Below, one piece after another: positions 36,868 to 45,275 of a stretch of 64,000 bases of DNA. Positions within the stretch are counted from its first letter, which is position 1. Each line of letters begins with the position of its first letter. Origin of the DNA: Hadesarchaea archaeon (GTDB lineage: Archaea > Hadarchaeota > Hadarchaeia > Hadarchaeales > Hadarchaeaceae); NCBI GenBank assembly GCA_029259175.1, contig JAPDJH010000018.1:5747-69746 (forward strand), written 5' to 3'. Made by a program: the position numbers and the translations under genes. The notes under the pieces are model-generated. The model ran no database searches. It was not told the DNA's origin and was given only the letters and a program-made list of their open reading frames with translations.

Positions 36868-37680
36868 TTGGTGAAGTATGTGAAAGAGAAAATTAGTGGA
36901 CTTTTGAGAAAGTTTGAGAGCATAAAAGCAAACGTTTGGCAGGTTTACGGGACATTGGAAGAACTTGGAAAATTGCGAATCAGAGCCCAACAATCTTTGG
37001 ATAGACACTATCTCATGGACGAGATAGAAAAACTGGAAAAAGCAAAAGTAAAAGAAACCCAGATGATCTTGGAGGAATACCATAGTACCTCTTCAGATGT
37101 TTACAGTCTTCTCAACATGTCTCTTTCTTATTTCTCCCCTCCTAAAACAACAGAGGAGGCAAAGGGGATATTGCGTCGAATCGCGATAGAATGTGATGCC
37201 CTAATAGGTGCCCTAAATGTGTTAATTACGCCGCTCTCGCCTGAAGAGGTTGACCGACTTAATCAATTACGTTCCGAGGTCAAAAAACTATCCAGCAAAC
37301 TTGAGATAGGCTATGAGAAAAACTTGAATGAGGCAATAAACGAGTATGAGAAAGGACATTATTTGGCATCTGCGCTTATCACAGGCAGAGTAATCATCTA
37401 CATTCTAGACCAAGTTGAGGGGGGAACTGAAGAAGAGAAGATTAAATTTCTGCAAGATCACAACGTGATTCCTAGAGGGAGAAAAGATATTAAGGAGTTT
37501 ATAATGAAAGCCAGCCGAAAGGCGCGTCATTTCTTTGCTCATGATATAAAAATTTTTGCCACGGCTTCCGATGCTTTGAGCCTCCTAGGTGATTGTGTAA
37601 AGCTAGTGGAGATACTGGCTAAGTTAAAAAACTCTTCTCAAAAAACAAGCCTGCAATATCGTCACATGTTTAAGAGATAA
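36868..37680 (+). CDS. Hypothetical coiled-coil protein; C-terminus reminiscent of R-M-associated helper domains
   Basis: AT-rich gene starting at a TTG/GTG at 36868-36873. The upstream in-frame extension to 36475 is GC-rich junk. C-terminal KARHFFAHDIKIFATASDALSLL. Immediately upstream of the methyltransferase. Confidence 0.4.
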   Translation: MVKYVKEKISGLLRKFESIKANVWQVYGTLEELGKLRIRAQQSLDRHYLMDEIEKLEKAKVKETQMILEEYHSTSSDVYSLLNMSLSYFSPPKTTEEAKGILRRIAIECDALIGALNVLITPLSPEEVDRLNQLRSEVKKLSSKLEIGYEKNLNEAINEYEKGHYLASALITGRVIIYILDQVEGGTEEEKIKFLQDHNVIPRGRKDIKEFIMKASRKARHFFAHDIKIFATASDALSLLGDCVKLVEILAKLKNSSQKTSLQYRHMFKR

Positions 37681-37693
37681 AAGTGAAAAGAGT

Positions 37694-38704
37694 TTGGACA
37701 TGACAGCAAACAAATTACATTATGAGTGTAAGCATGGCGTGAAGATCTATAACAGTGATGTGCTAGATGTCTACGAAGAGTGGGAGAGCCCAGATGTGAT
37801 AATATCGGATGGACCGTATGGTTTGAATGCTTTCTATGGTGATTGCAAGGTACCAGATGAACTTCCAGCTTGGTATGAACCCCATATAAAAGTTTGGTCT
37901 GAAAAAGCTAGGCCGGGCGCTACTCTATGGTTTTGGAATAGTGAAATAGGATGGGCGTTAGTACATCCTGTTCTAGTGAAGCATGGTTGGACTTATGTTC
38001 GCTTTAATGTCTGGGATAAGAGTATAGCACACGTAGCTGGAAACACCAACACAAAAAAATTGAGGGAGTTCCCCTGCGTCACAGAAGCATGTGTTCAGTA
38101 TGTAAAGGAGGCAAAAATAGGAAATAAAACGCTTAAGGAATGGCTAAGGAGCGAATGGGAAAGAACTGGACTTCCACTCTATGAAGCTAATAAGGCGGCG
38201 GGTGTAGCCAACGCTGCAACTAGAAAGTGGTTGACTAAAGATCATCTTTGGTATACTCCACCACCAGAACAGTTTGAAAAGTTAGTAGAATACGCTAACG
38301 CTCATGGTAGGTCTACAGGAAGACCATATTTTTCGATAGACGGCAAGAAGCCAATTACAAAAGAAGAATATGCGAGATTGTTGCCTAAATTCCATTGTAA
38401 AGTGGGAATAACCAACGTCTGGAAAGAGCCACCACTTCATGGTCCTGAGAGGATAAAAATAAAAAAAGGAGGAAAGTCTGCACATCTAAATCAAAAACCA
38501 TTAAAGCTTATGAGACTCATTATTGAAGCCTCTTCAGATAGAGGCGATGTAATTTGGGAACCATTTGGTGGCCTATGTTCGGCCACTGTGGCTGCCCATC
38601 AATTAGGTCGTAAATGTTATGCTGCTGAGATAGAAAAAGAATTTTTCGAAATGGCTATTAATCGTCTAAAATGTATATGTTCGGAGGGGTCTTTGCGTGT
38701 CTGA
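37694..38704 (+). CDS. DNA methyltransferase, beta-class order (motif IV-like at the N-terminus, motif I at the C-terminus)
   Basis: N-terminal VIISDGPYG, a DPPY-like catalytic motif with Pro-to-Gly substitution. C-terminal VIWEPFGGLCSATVAAHQLGRKCYAAEIE, the FxGxG SAM-binding motif. An 8-nt overlap with the downstream nuclease gene. Confidence 0.6.
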   Translation: MDMTANKLHYECKHGVKIYNSDVLDVYEEWESPDVIISDGPYGLNAFYGDCKVPDELPAWYEPHIKVWSEKARPGATLWFWNSEIGWALVHPVLVKHGWTYVRFNVWDKSIAHVAGNTNTKKLREFPCVTEACVQYVKEAKIGNKTLKEWLRSEWERTGLPLYEANKAAGVANAATRKWLTKDHLWYTPPPEQFEKLVEYANAHGRSTGRPYFSIDGKKPITKEEYARLLPKFHCKVGITNVWKEPPLHGPERIKIKKGGKSAHLNQKPLKLMRLIIEASSDRGDVIWEPFGGLCSATVAAHQLGRKCYAAEIEKEFFEMAINRLKCICSEGSLRV

Positions 38705-39506
38705 GAAAGAGCCCCAACTTAGGGAACCGTCCAAAGAATGGCCCCACTACGAGTTGTGGATGAGAACCAGAAATTTGCTAAAAGAATTGCCTACGTATTT
38801 TAAAAGCACATTGAATATAACATCTGCCGTTAATGTAACTGAAATATATGCCTTCGGCACAGCTCTTAGCTATACGATTGAGGAAGAGGTTGTGAACACT
38901 CTCAACAAGGAAAAAGAACTGCTAGATCCTGATGGAAAATATTGTGAATACTCCTTTACTAGACAGGCACAATCATTCCCCGATGTGTTATTTCTAAATT
39001 CAGAAAAAGGTGACATAATAATGGGAATAGAGCTAAAATCGTGGTATCTCTTGGCGAAAGAGGGTGAACCGAGTTTTCGTTATAAAGTCACGCCTAGCGC
39101 GTGCGCCTTACAAGACTTGTTAGTTGTGGTACCTTGGGCCCTATCCAACGTGGTAACCGGGAATCCTATAGTTTTTGAACCATTCGTAATATCTGCTAGA
39201 TATGCGGCGGAATATCGAAATTATTGGTGGAAGCACTTGAGAAAGGCAGAGGGCAACACGGATATTTCCTCGCCCGACGGAGTCAGTTCTTATCCTTCTA
39301 GCCGTGAAAGGATAGACGATGAACCTGCTTATGATCCTGGTAGAAACTTTGGAAGATTAGCAAGGACAGAAATTATGGATAAATGGGTAAAGAGATGTAA
39401 AAAGGAAAAACTACTCGGAATAGAGATAGAAAAATGGATTGAATTCTTCAAAACGGGTAAAATCAGACATAAGGAAATTTGTGAAAAACGGCTGAAGTCA
39501 TCATAG
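38697..39506 (+). CDS. PD-(D/E)XK restriction endonuclease candidate
   Basis: FPDVLFLNSEKGDIIMGIELKSWY carries PD...(E)LK. Translationally coupled to the methyltransferase. AT-rich. Confidence 0.55.
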   Translation: MSEKEPQLREPSKEWPHYELWMRTRNLLKELPTYFKSTLNITSAVNVTEIYAFGTALSYTIEEEVVNTLNKEKELLDPDGKYCEYSFTRQAQSFPDVLFLNSEKGDIIMGIELKSWYLLAKEGEPSFRYKVTPSACALQDLLVVVPWALSNVVTGNPIVFEPFVISARYAAEYRNYWWKHLRKAEGNTDISSPDGVSSYPSSRERIDDEPAYDPGRNFGRLARTEIMDKWVKRCKKEKLLGIEIEKWIEFFKTGKIRHKEICEKRLKSS

Positions 39507-39515
39507 CACCTGCTC

Positions 39516-40961
39516 TTAGGGGCCCCCTGTTTCAGTCTCCTTTGTCCAACATTGTACTTTCATGACAATTAGGACAAGAATTATGCTAGCGATTGAGAGG
39601 ATAGATATCGAAGGACCAATTATGAAACCAATCCCACCATAAAAAAATATGAAAAATAAGCCGATCAACCCGGATGTACTCACCACGCCGATCATATTAC
39701 GGAACTGTCTATTTTCCATAAATTGTATCCCGCAGATACAACATCTAATTCCTCTTTCGGCAAAAAATATCAAAGACATCATAACAAAGATTGCCCAAAT
39801 ATTTTTGTCCAAGTTTTGTAGAAGAGCCAAAATTATATAAAGACCAGAAGTGATGGTTGCAACATAAATAAAAGTGAGAATGCCTAGAAGAGCGGAAGAT
39901 ATAGATTTTGATGTAAGTTTATACTGAAAAATTTGCAAGATTGCGCGCTTTGCTGTTTCCTTTTCTTTTGGGAAGAAAATTGATAAAACCACATAAAAGA
40001 GAAGTAAAAATACAAACCAAACCAAAATGTTAGTGATGAGGACCTTGAAAGACGATAAGAAAGTAAACTCGCTTAGAAAAACATTTTCGTAACTCGTTTT
40101 ACCTGCGGTTACTTTAACTACCTTCTCGGCTCGATATCCAATCATTCCCCCCGATTCAATGATTATTTTGTATTCGCCTTCACCCAGATTGAAAACGCAC
40201 GCACCGTTCTCATCAGTCAAGAATGGTGCCGAACTCCGCGTTCTCACCACACGTACTCGTGCGTTTGGCACAGGTTCGTTTTCCTTTCTAACACTGATGA
40301 TTAACTTGCCGGTTCTCTTTACGTACCGAGTGGTAACATCATGTGCTGTGCCAGAGTCGTCAACGGCGTATACGAAAAAGAGTTGTTCTCCTCCTCCATT
40401 TTCATTCTCTGGACGCTCGTAAAATGCAGGATCGTTAATAATGCCTCTCTTCCCAGTTGCTGGATTAGTTTTGCTTGGGTCAACATGTATCCAATCTCCA
40501 TTAATTTTTACCTCAGCCCAAGCATGATCCAGACCCAAATTGTACACAACCCGGGCATTATCTATGCCTGCTGTTTTTGCCAATTCTACGAACAGCCTTG
40601 CAAACTCTTCACATGCGCCGTGTTTGAAGAACATTATCCATTGTGGATGCATAAGTCGAAGGTACGTGACAGGGATCCTATCTAATAGAAAATATAGCGG
40701 CGGTATGGAGCTATGCGGACGCTTGTAAATGATTTTCCCCTCAAAATTTCTATCCTCCCACTCAATAATCGCATTGATAATGGACAAATGATTCGAATTC
40801 TTGCTACCGATTTCAGTCCCGACTTTTTGTATTTCCGCCTCTCCCAATATTTGGACGACAAAGTAGGGAAGCCAGAAGGTAGATAGAACGGTTAGTAATA
40901 GAAGCGCTGTCGCTAGATAGGTCTTGAACTTTTTCCACTTTCTTTCTGTGTTTGATGGCAT
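39516..40961 (-). CDS. Membrane-anchored transglutaminase-like cysteine protease-fold protein
   Basis: GACEEFARLFVELAKTAGI...DHAWAEV...GDWIHVDPS is a Cys-His-Asp transglutaminase-like core. An N-terminal TM, a beta-sandwich region, then more than six TM helices. Confidence 0.6.
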   Translation of the reverse strand: MPSNTERKWKKFKTYLATALLLLTVLSTFWLPYFVVQILGEAEIQKVGTEIGSKNSNHLSIINAIIEWEDRNFEGKIIYKRPHSSIPPLYFLLDRIPVTYLRLMHPQWIMFFKHGACEEFARLFVELAKTAGIDNARVVYNLGLDHAWAEVKINGDWIHVDPSKTNPATGKRGIINDPAFYERPENENGGGEQLFFVYAVDDSGTAHDVTTRYVKRTGKLIISVRKENEPVPNARVRVVRTRSSAPFLTDENGACVFNLGEGEYKIIIESGGMIGYRAEKVVKVTAGKTSYENVFLSEFTFLSSFKVLITNILVWFVFLLLFYVVLSIFFPKEKETAKRAILQIFQYKLTSKSISSALLGILTFIYVATITSGLYIILALLQNLDKNIWAIFVMMSLIFFAERGIRCCICGIQFMENRQFRNMIGVVSTSGLIGLFFIFFYGGIGFIIGPSISILSIASIILVLIVMKVQCWTKETETGGP

Positions 40962-41157
40962 GTCCCACCAATTGTATCGTTTTTCATTTAGTTAGAAGAA
41001 TGTAACTCCGCAATTATCACGAAGCATTTTTAGAATGCAACGTGTTCTCTCATTTTTATCAACGATGATCCTCCACCAGCCTGCTCATCAGCTCGTCCAC
41101 CACTGTACACGGCATCTTCGTAATTCAGCGACACGGTAGACCATTGAGCAATCCGAA

Positions 41158-41291
41158 TGGTGGGGCCGCCAGGATTTGAACCCGGGTTTGCGGGTCTCAC
41201 CGCGCCAGTGGGTCATCATCTCCACATCAGCAGACCCACAATCTCTCGGCCCACTGGAGCCCGCCGTGATACCAGGCTACACTACGGCCCC
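41158..41291 (-). tRNA. trnW: tRNA-Trp(CCA) with a 58-nt intron and encoded CCA
   Basis: Reverse complement reads GGGGCCG...GCGGG-CTCCAG[intron]A-CCCGC...CCGGGTTCAAATCCTGG-CGGCCCC-A-CCA. The acceptor pairs 7/7, the T-loop is TTCAAAT, and the anticodon is CCA. The intron (41196-41253) sits at the canonical 37/38 position. Confidence 0.85.
41196..41253 (-). ncRNA. tRNA-Trp intron carrying box C/D-like motifs
   Basis: The intron contains CUGA and AUGAUGA (41213-41219) flanked by a GUGGG/CCCAC stem, resembling the box C/D guide found in archaeal tRNA-Trp introns. Confidence 0.5.
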
Positions 41292-41327
41292 ACCAACGCT
41301 ATTTACTCTCGGTCAAGTTATTAAACT

Positions 41328-42512
41328 TCACCAGCTCGGGCCGAAGATGAAGAGAACAGCGAAGATGATGACGAAAACTCCAACCCCCATGATTCTCCAC
41401 AGGATGTGGGGCTTCGGCTTCTCCTCGATCTCGTAGTAGTGCTCCTGCTCCATCATGCCCATCATGCCTTCAGTAGCAACCAGACCCACTGCTCCCTCGG
41501 GGGGTGCGAAGATCTCATATGGTTTTTGTTCCTTGGTCTTCTGCCTCCACCAGTAGTAGATGGCCCCTATAATCGACCACGGCACCGCAATCACGAAGAA
41601 GAGGTATGGAATGAGACCGAGCGAGCTGATCGCCGGTACGGTGTAGCTGGTGCTCACTTCAGCATTGTACATGTTCATGTTCCACAGGATGATAGCTATA
41701 CAAGAGTAGACCGTGAAAGCGTTCCAGTAGGGGTTCGCCGCGCTGACCAGATACAGTCCGCTGGTGCGGTGTTTGGTGATGGGCCAGAAAAGATTGTTCC
41801 CCAAGTGCCCGAAAGAGTCCAGCACGATGTGCATGAACCAGCCAAGAAAGATGACGGCGCCCAGCTGCCACATTCCGGAAATCAGCCAGCCGAGCAGGGC
41901 GAAAACTATTCCGAGGGTCAGACTGTGGGCCCACTGGCGGTGGAAAGGTATGAAAACAACCTCAACTGCTCCGTCCTTTCGTTTCAGGAACCCGAACGAT
42001 GGCCCGCTGAAACCTTTGATCTCGGTGGGTCTGCCATACGTCTCTATCAGTTTGGGTTTGAACTTGGCCACGCCAACCGCCTTTTCGGCTGGGGGTTCGG
42101 TGCCAAACACTGGCACGCCGGACATGGTCACGTGGGGGCCCACGCGCACCTCGACCTGTTTCTGAGCCTTGTTGAAGTTGATTGCGTACGACTGCCAGAG
42201 ATCTGGTCCTATCTTCAGGGTGTGGAGCTTGACCTTCCGCATCTGCCCGGGCTGGAGATTGGCTGCCGCATCGATTTCGGCCGCTATTTTTTCTGCGATT
42301 TCTTGCGGGCGCATGTCGTACGGATTAGGATCGATTACTGTGTGGTGTTGCTCCATGTAAACGGCAAATTTGAAGTCCAGCGTGTCGGGGAGCAATCCGA
42401 AAATTCCGCCGAGCACGATGAGCCACCAGTCCTCCAGCAGGGCGCCCACCATCAGACTCTTGAAAAACGTCGCGACCGTGATTCCCATTATGAAGTGAGT
42501 CACCCCGCGCAT
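41328..42512 (-). CDS. Membrane-bound metal-dependent hydrolase-like protein (DUF457/YdjM-like core) with a large insertion
   Basis: Multi-pass membrane protein with His-rich motifs (HIVLDSFGH, HRQWAHS). Confidence 0.4.
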   Translation of the reverse strand: MRGVTHFIMGITVATFFKSLMVGALLEDWWLIVLGGIFGLLPDTLDFKFAVYMEQHHTVIDPNPYDMRPQEIAEKIAAEIDAAANLQPGQMRKVKLHTLKIGPDLWQSYAINFNKAQKQVEVRVGPHVTMSGVPVFGTEPPAEKAVGVAKFKPKLIETYGRPTEIKGFSGPSFGFLKRKDGAVEVVFIPFHRQWAHSLTLGIVFALLGWLISGMWQLGAVIFLGWFMHIVLDSFGHLGNNLFWPITKHRTSGLYLVSAANPYWNAFTVYSCIAIILWNMNMYNAEVSTSYTVPAISSLGLIPYLFFVIAVPWSIIGAIYYWWRQKTKEQKPYEIFAPPEGAVGLVATEGMMGMMEQEHYYEIEEKPKPHILWRIMGVGVFVIIFAVLFIFGPSW

Positions 42513-42513
42513 C

Positions 42514-43830
42514 TCAGTACACCCCCAGCACCTTCAACACGTCTGCACGCAGTCCGCACATGTTTAAGAAAATGGGGAAGAAGAACCCGATTATCATGTT
42601 GAGCCTTCGGGTCCGGAAGAGTGGTGGTATGAGACCGAGTCCCGTGCAGATGGTCATCAAGATGAGCCCCTCGATGCCCGCAAAACCATAAACGAGCGCG
42701 ATTATGCAGACCAGAACGCCCAGCGAAACCTTGGTATAACTGAAGCCCGAGATTATCCTAGCTATGAACCTCGATATCAAATACATCAGCACGAATGCCG
42801 CTACCGCCGAGACAGCAATAGCAGAGACGAGAAGCCAGAAATCGCTCTCTGCTCGCGGCTGGTAGACAACGCTGGTTATCCACGCCATTCCGCCGCGCGT
42901 CAAGTGAAGCAGTGGTACCCAGAACAGGAAGAACGCCCCCACGTAGTATGCAAACCTGCCCGCTGCTCCCGAGACCATGAACTGGATATCTCCCTGAGTG
43001 CCTGTCGAGTGACCAGCTAGAACTCCTCCCACACCCGCTGTGACAATCGGCTCAAATGCCGCAAACATTCCACCCAAGAAGCCGGCGGATGTGCCACGGA
43101 GCAAGTCCATTTTTCTGACATACATGTCCTTCCCGATATGTTGCTTCGGGATGGTAGCTCTCGATACCAGATTGGTGAGAACCCATGGAACGGCGAAGAA
43201 TCCTACAAACACTGGCATGATGTTCTGAAACGCCCGGTCTGCTGGGGTGACGGGAGTATTGAGCACTATGAATCCCAGCAACATGGAGAGGATAAATGTG
43301 AGCCAACCGGCACTCAAACTGGCCCACCCGTCCTTCAAGCGACCCAACCTAGTTTTTGCACGACTGCCCCAGTCCTTCGGCCACTCCGATTGCAACAGAT
43401 AAGCGGCAACGCCGATGAGGATCCAACCCATGTGTGGGGTTGTGATCTTGCGGAAGATTGGGAAAAGAGTGGGAGAGATGGGTGCAATTAGTATCAACAG
43501 GAGCGCGGCACCAAGAGCGCCCACGCCCGTTATGACCGAGGCCTCGTGGCCGCGACCGTAAACGAGAAACTTCTGGTTCGGGAACGCCATGTACATGGTG
43601 CTGTCGTCCGGTGAGCCCATGTAGGTGGTGGTTATGGTTCCGATTACGGCGTACGCCACCAGCATTCCGGCGAAGAGCAACGCGAGACCGAGCGGATCCA
43701 TCGGGAACGTCAAGTAGACGAACACGCCAATCCCAGCAAAGTTCAGCGGGTGAAGTCCTGGCAGAATGGAAAGAACACCACCAAAGAGCACCCCAACCAG
43801 CGCGTATATCAGGTACACTACAGGCATCAT
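42514..43830 (-). CDS. TctA-family (DUF112) transmembrane permease
   Basis: 438 aa polytopic membrane protein with Gly-rich repeats typical of TctA/DUF112 (GAALLLILIAPISP, GGVLAGHSTG). Confidence 0.6.
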   Translation of the reverse strand: MMPVVYLIYALVGVLFGGVLSILPGLHPLNFAGIGVFVYLTFPMDPLGLALLFAGMLVAYAVIGTITTTYMGSPDDSTMYMAFPNQKFLVYGRGHEASVITGVGALGAALLLILIAPISPTLFPIFRKITTPHMGWILIGVAAYLLQSEWPKDWGSRAKTRLGRLKDGWASLSAGWLTFILSMLLGFIVLNTPVTPADRAFQNIMPVFVGFFAVPWVLTNLVSRATIPKQHIGKDMYVRKMDLLRGTSAGFLGGMFAAFEPIVTAGVGGVLAGHSTGTQGDIQFMVSGAAGRFAYYVGAFFLFWVPLLHLTRGGMAWITSVVYQPRAESDFWLLVSAIAVSAVAAFVLMYLISRFIARIISGFSYTKVSLGVLVCIIALVYGFAGIEGLILMTICTGLGLIPPLFRTRRLNMIIGFFFPIFLNMCGLRADVLKVLGVY

Positions 43831-45275
43831 ATCACCTCGATATCACTCATTGTGCCCGGCTGGATCACTCTGGAACCAATATAGGACATGTCGACGACTT
43901 GACCCACGACTCGAACATTTTCTCCTTCGGTGGGTGGATCGGTCAACCGCTCATAAATAAAGTTCGGCATGTAAATCTGGACATCGTTGCCGTGCGTGTC
44001 CTCTACTGTGAGAACACGATCCGGCGGAAGCGCTCCTTTATATCGTTCGGTTATTGACACCACCCGCCCTGACAGAGAAACAAGGCGATCGGTCCACGAA
44101 CTGTCTATTAGGGCGAAGTTCTCCACAGAATCCGGGCTCCACGTTCCGTTCTCGATTAGCGGTGTTTGTGGGCCGACCCATGAAATCACGATAGACCCAC
44201 CGTAACGTGCGACTTTACCGATGGCCTCCAGCTGTGCTCCGCGCTGAATCAACAGTCTGGTTTCACGGGGGAGCTGCTCAAACTTGTCTTCGCTTATCAC
44301 CAGCTTGGGGTATTGCTCGTTATCGAGCCACAAGAACCTGCTCGCGATTTCTAGATCTGTACCGGTACCCTCCAGCTCAACGAACAAAATCTTTCCGCTG
44401 ACTCGAACGTAGTTGTCCAGCAAGTTCTCGTTTATCTCGCTCAGAGCCACCGACGGAACATTCTCGTGAGAGAGAACTTCGATCTCGTCGAAACGGGCAA
44501 TCGCAAGCTGTGGTTGCCCACTATACTCCGAAAGACCCGCCTCGATTCTTACCCGATCCAGCACTTGGAGATCCAAAGAACGCTTTTCTAAGTATGATCC
44601 AAGCCCATTGTGGACATACACTTGGATTTCTTGATCATCATCGCGCAGGTAGTACACGTTGGCAGAACTCAAGGGGCGAATGTCCGTTATGGTTCCCTCC
44701 ACGATCACTCGCCGGTAGAGAAGCGAATCCGGCGTATCCCATGTGCTAAGGATTTTAGATATAGTAGTAGACACAGGCTGTGCTTCAGTTATTTGTAGGT
44801 CTTCCGGGAAGGAAATACGTATCTCACGGTCCGTGCTGGATGGAACGCGAAGCTGACCGAAAATTACAACATGATCACCCACTCGCGGTATTCTGTTCTC
44901 TAGCAGAAGTTCTTCAAACGCTGGTGAATAGACTTCGGCGGTTATGGTCGCTTCACTCGGATTTTCGGAACTCCCATCCCATACATCAAATGAGAAAGAG
45001 GTTGGACCATACCGCGGGCCGGAAACCACCGTGCCTTCGATCCACACGTACGAGTAATCTAGCCAGCTGTCAATGTTTGCTATTGGTGTGGGTGAGACCG
45101 CGGAGGTCGCCAGATGGAGATAGAAAAAGATTCCGCCCAAGACCAAGATTGACGCACAAAACGCCCAAACATAACGCATCGACACTTTGCTCCTAGGGTC
45201 TGCTCCACAGTGGGGGCACGGGACGAATCCACCCGTTGGCTTTCCACAACTGGGACAGACCTGTTCTTCCGTCAT
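43827..45275 (-). CDS. Zinc-ribbon / single TM / extracytoplasmic OB-fold-like repeat protein (paralog A)
   Basis: N-terminal CPSCGKPTGGFVPCPHCGA ribbon, then a TM (VWAFCASILVLGGIFFYL), then repeated beta-rich modules. 4-nt overlap (ATGA) with the paralog upstream. Confidence 0.5.
   Translation of the reverse strand: MTEEQVCPSCGKPTGGFVPCPHCGADPRSKVSMRYVWAFCASILVLGGIFFYLHLATSAVSPTPIANIDSWLDYSYVWIEGTVVSGPRYGPTSFSFDVWDGSSENPSEATITAEVYSPAFEELLLENRIPRVGDHVVIFGQLRVPSSTDREIRISFPEDLQITEAQPVSTTISKILSTWDTPDSLLYRRVIVEGTITDIRPLSSANVYYLRDDDQEIQVYVHNGLGSYLEKRSLDLQVLDRVRIEAGLSEYSGQPQLAIARFDEIEVLSHENVPSVALSEINENLLDNYVRVSGKILFVELEGTGTDLEIASRFLWLDNEQYPKLVISEDKFEQLPRETRLLIQRGAQLEAIGKVARYGGSIVISWVGPQTPLIENGTWSPDSVENFALIDSSWTDRLVSLSGRVVSITERYKGALPPDRVLTVEDTHGNDVQIYMPNFIYERLTDPPTEGENVRVVGQVVDMSYIGSRVIQPGTMSDIEVI

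Noticed and set aside
41406-42602. 398-aa plus-strand ORF antisense to the membrane hydrolase gene
   Set aside because: The translation is His/Gly/Arg-rich with no motif. The minus-strand frame encodes a coherent multi-pass membrane protein.
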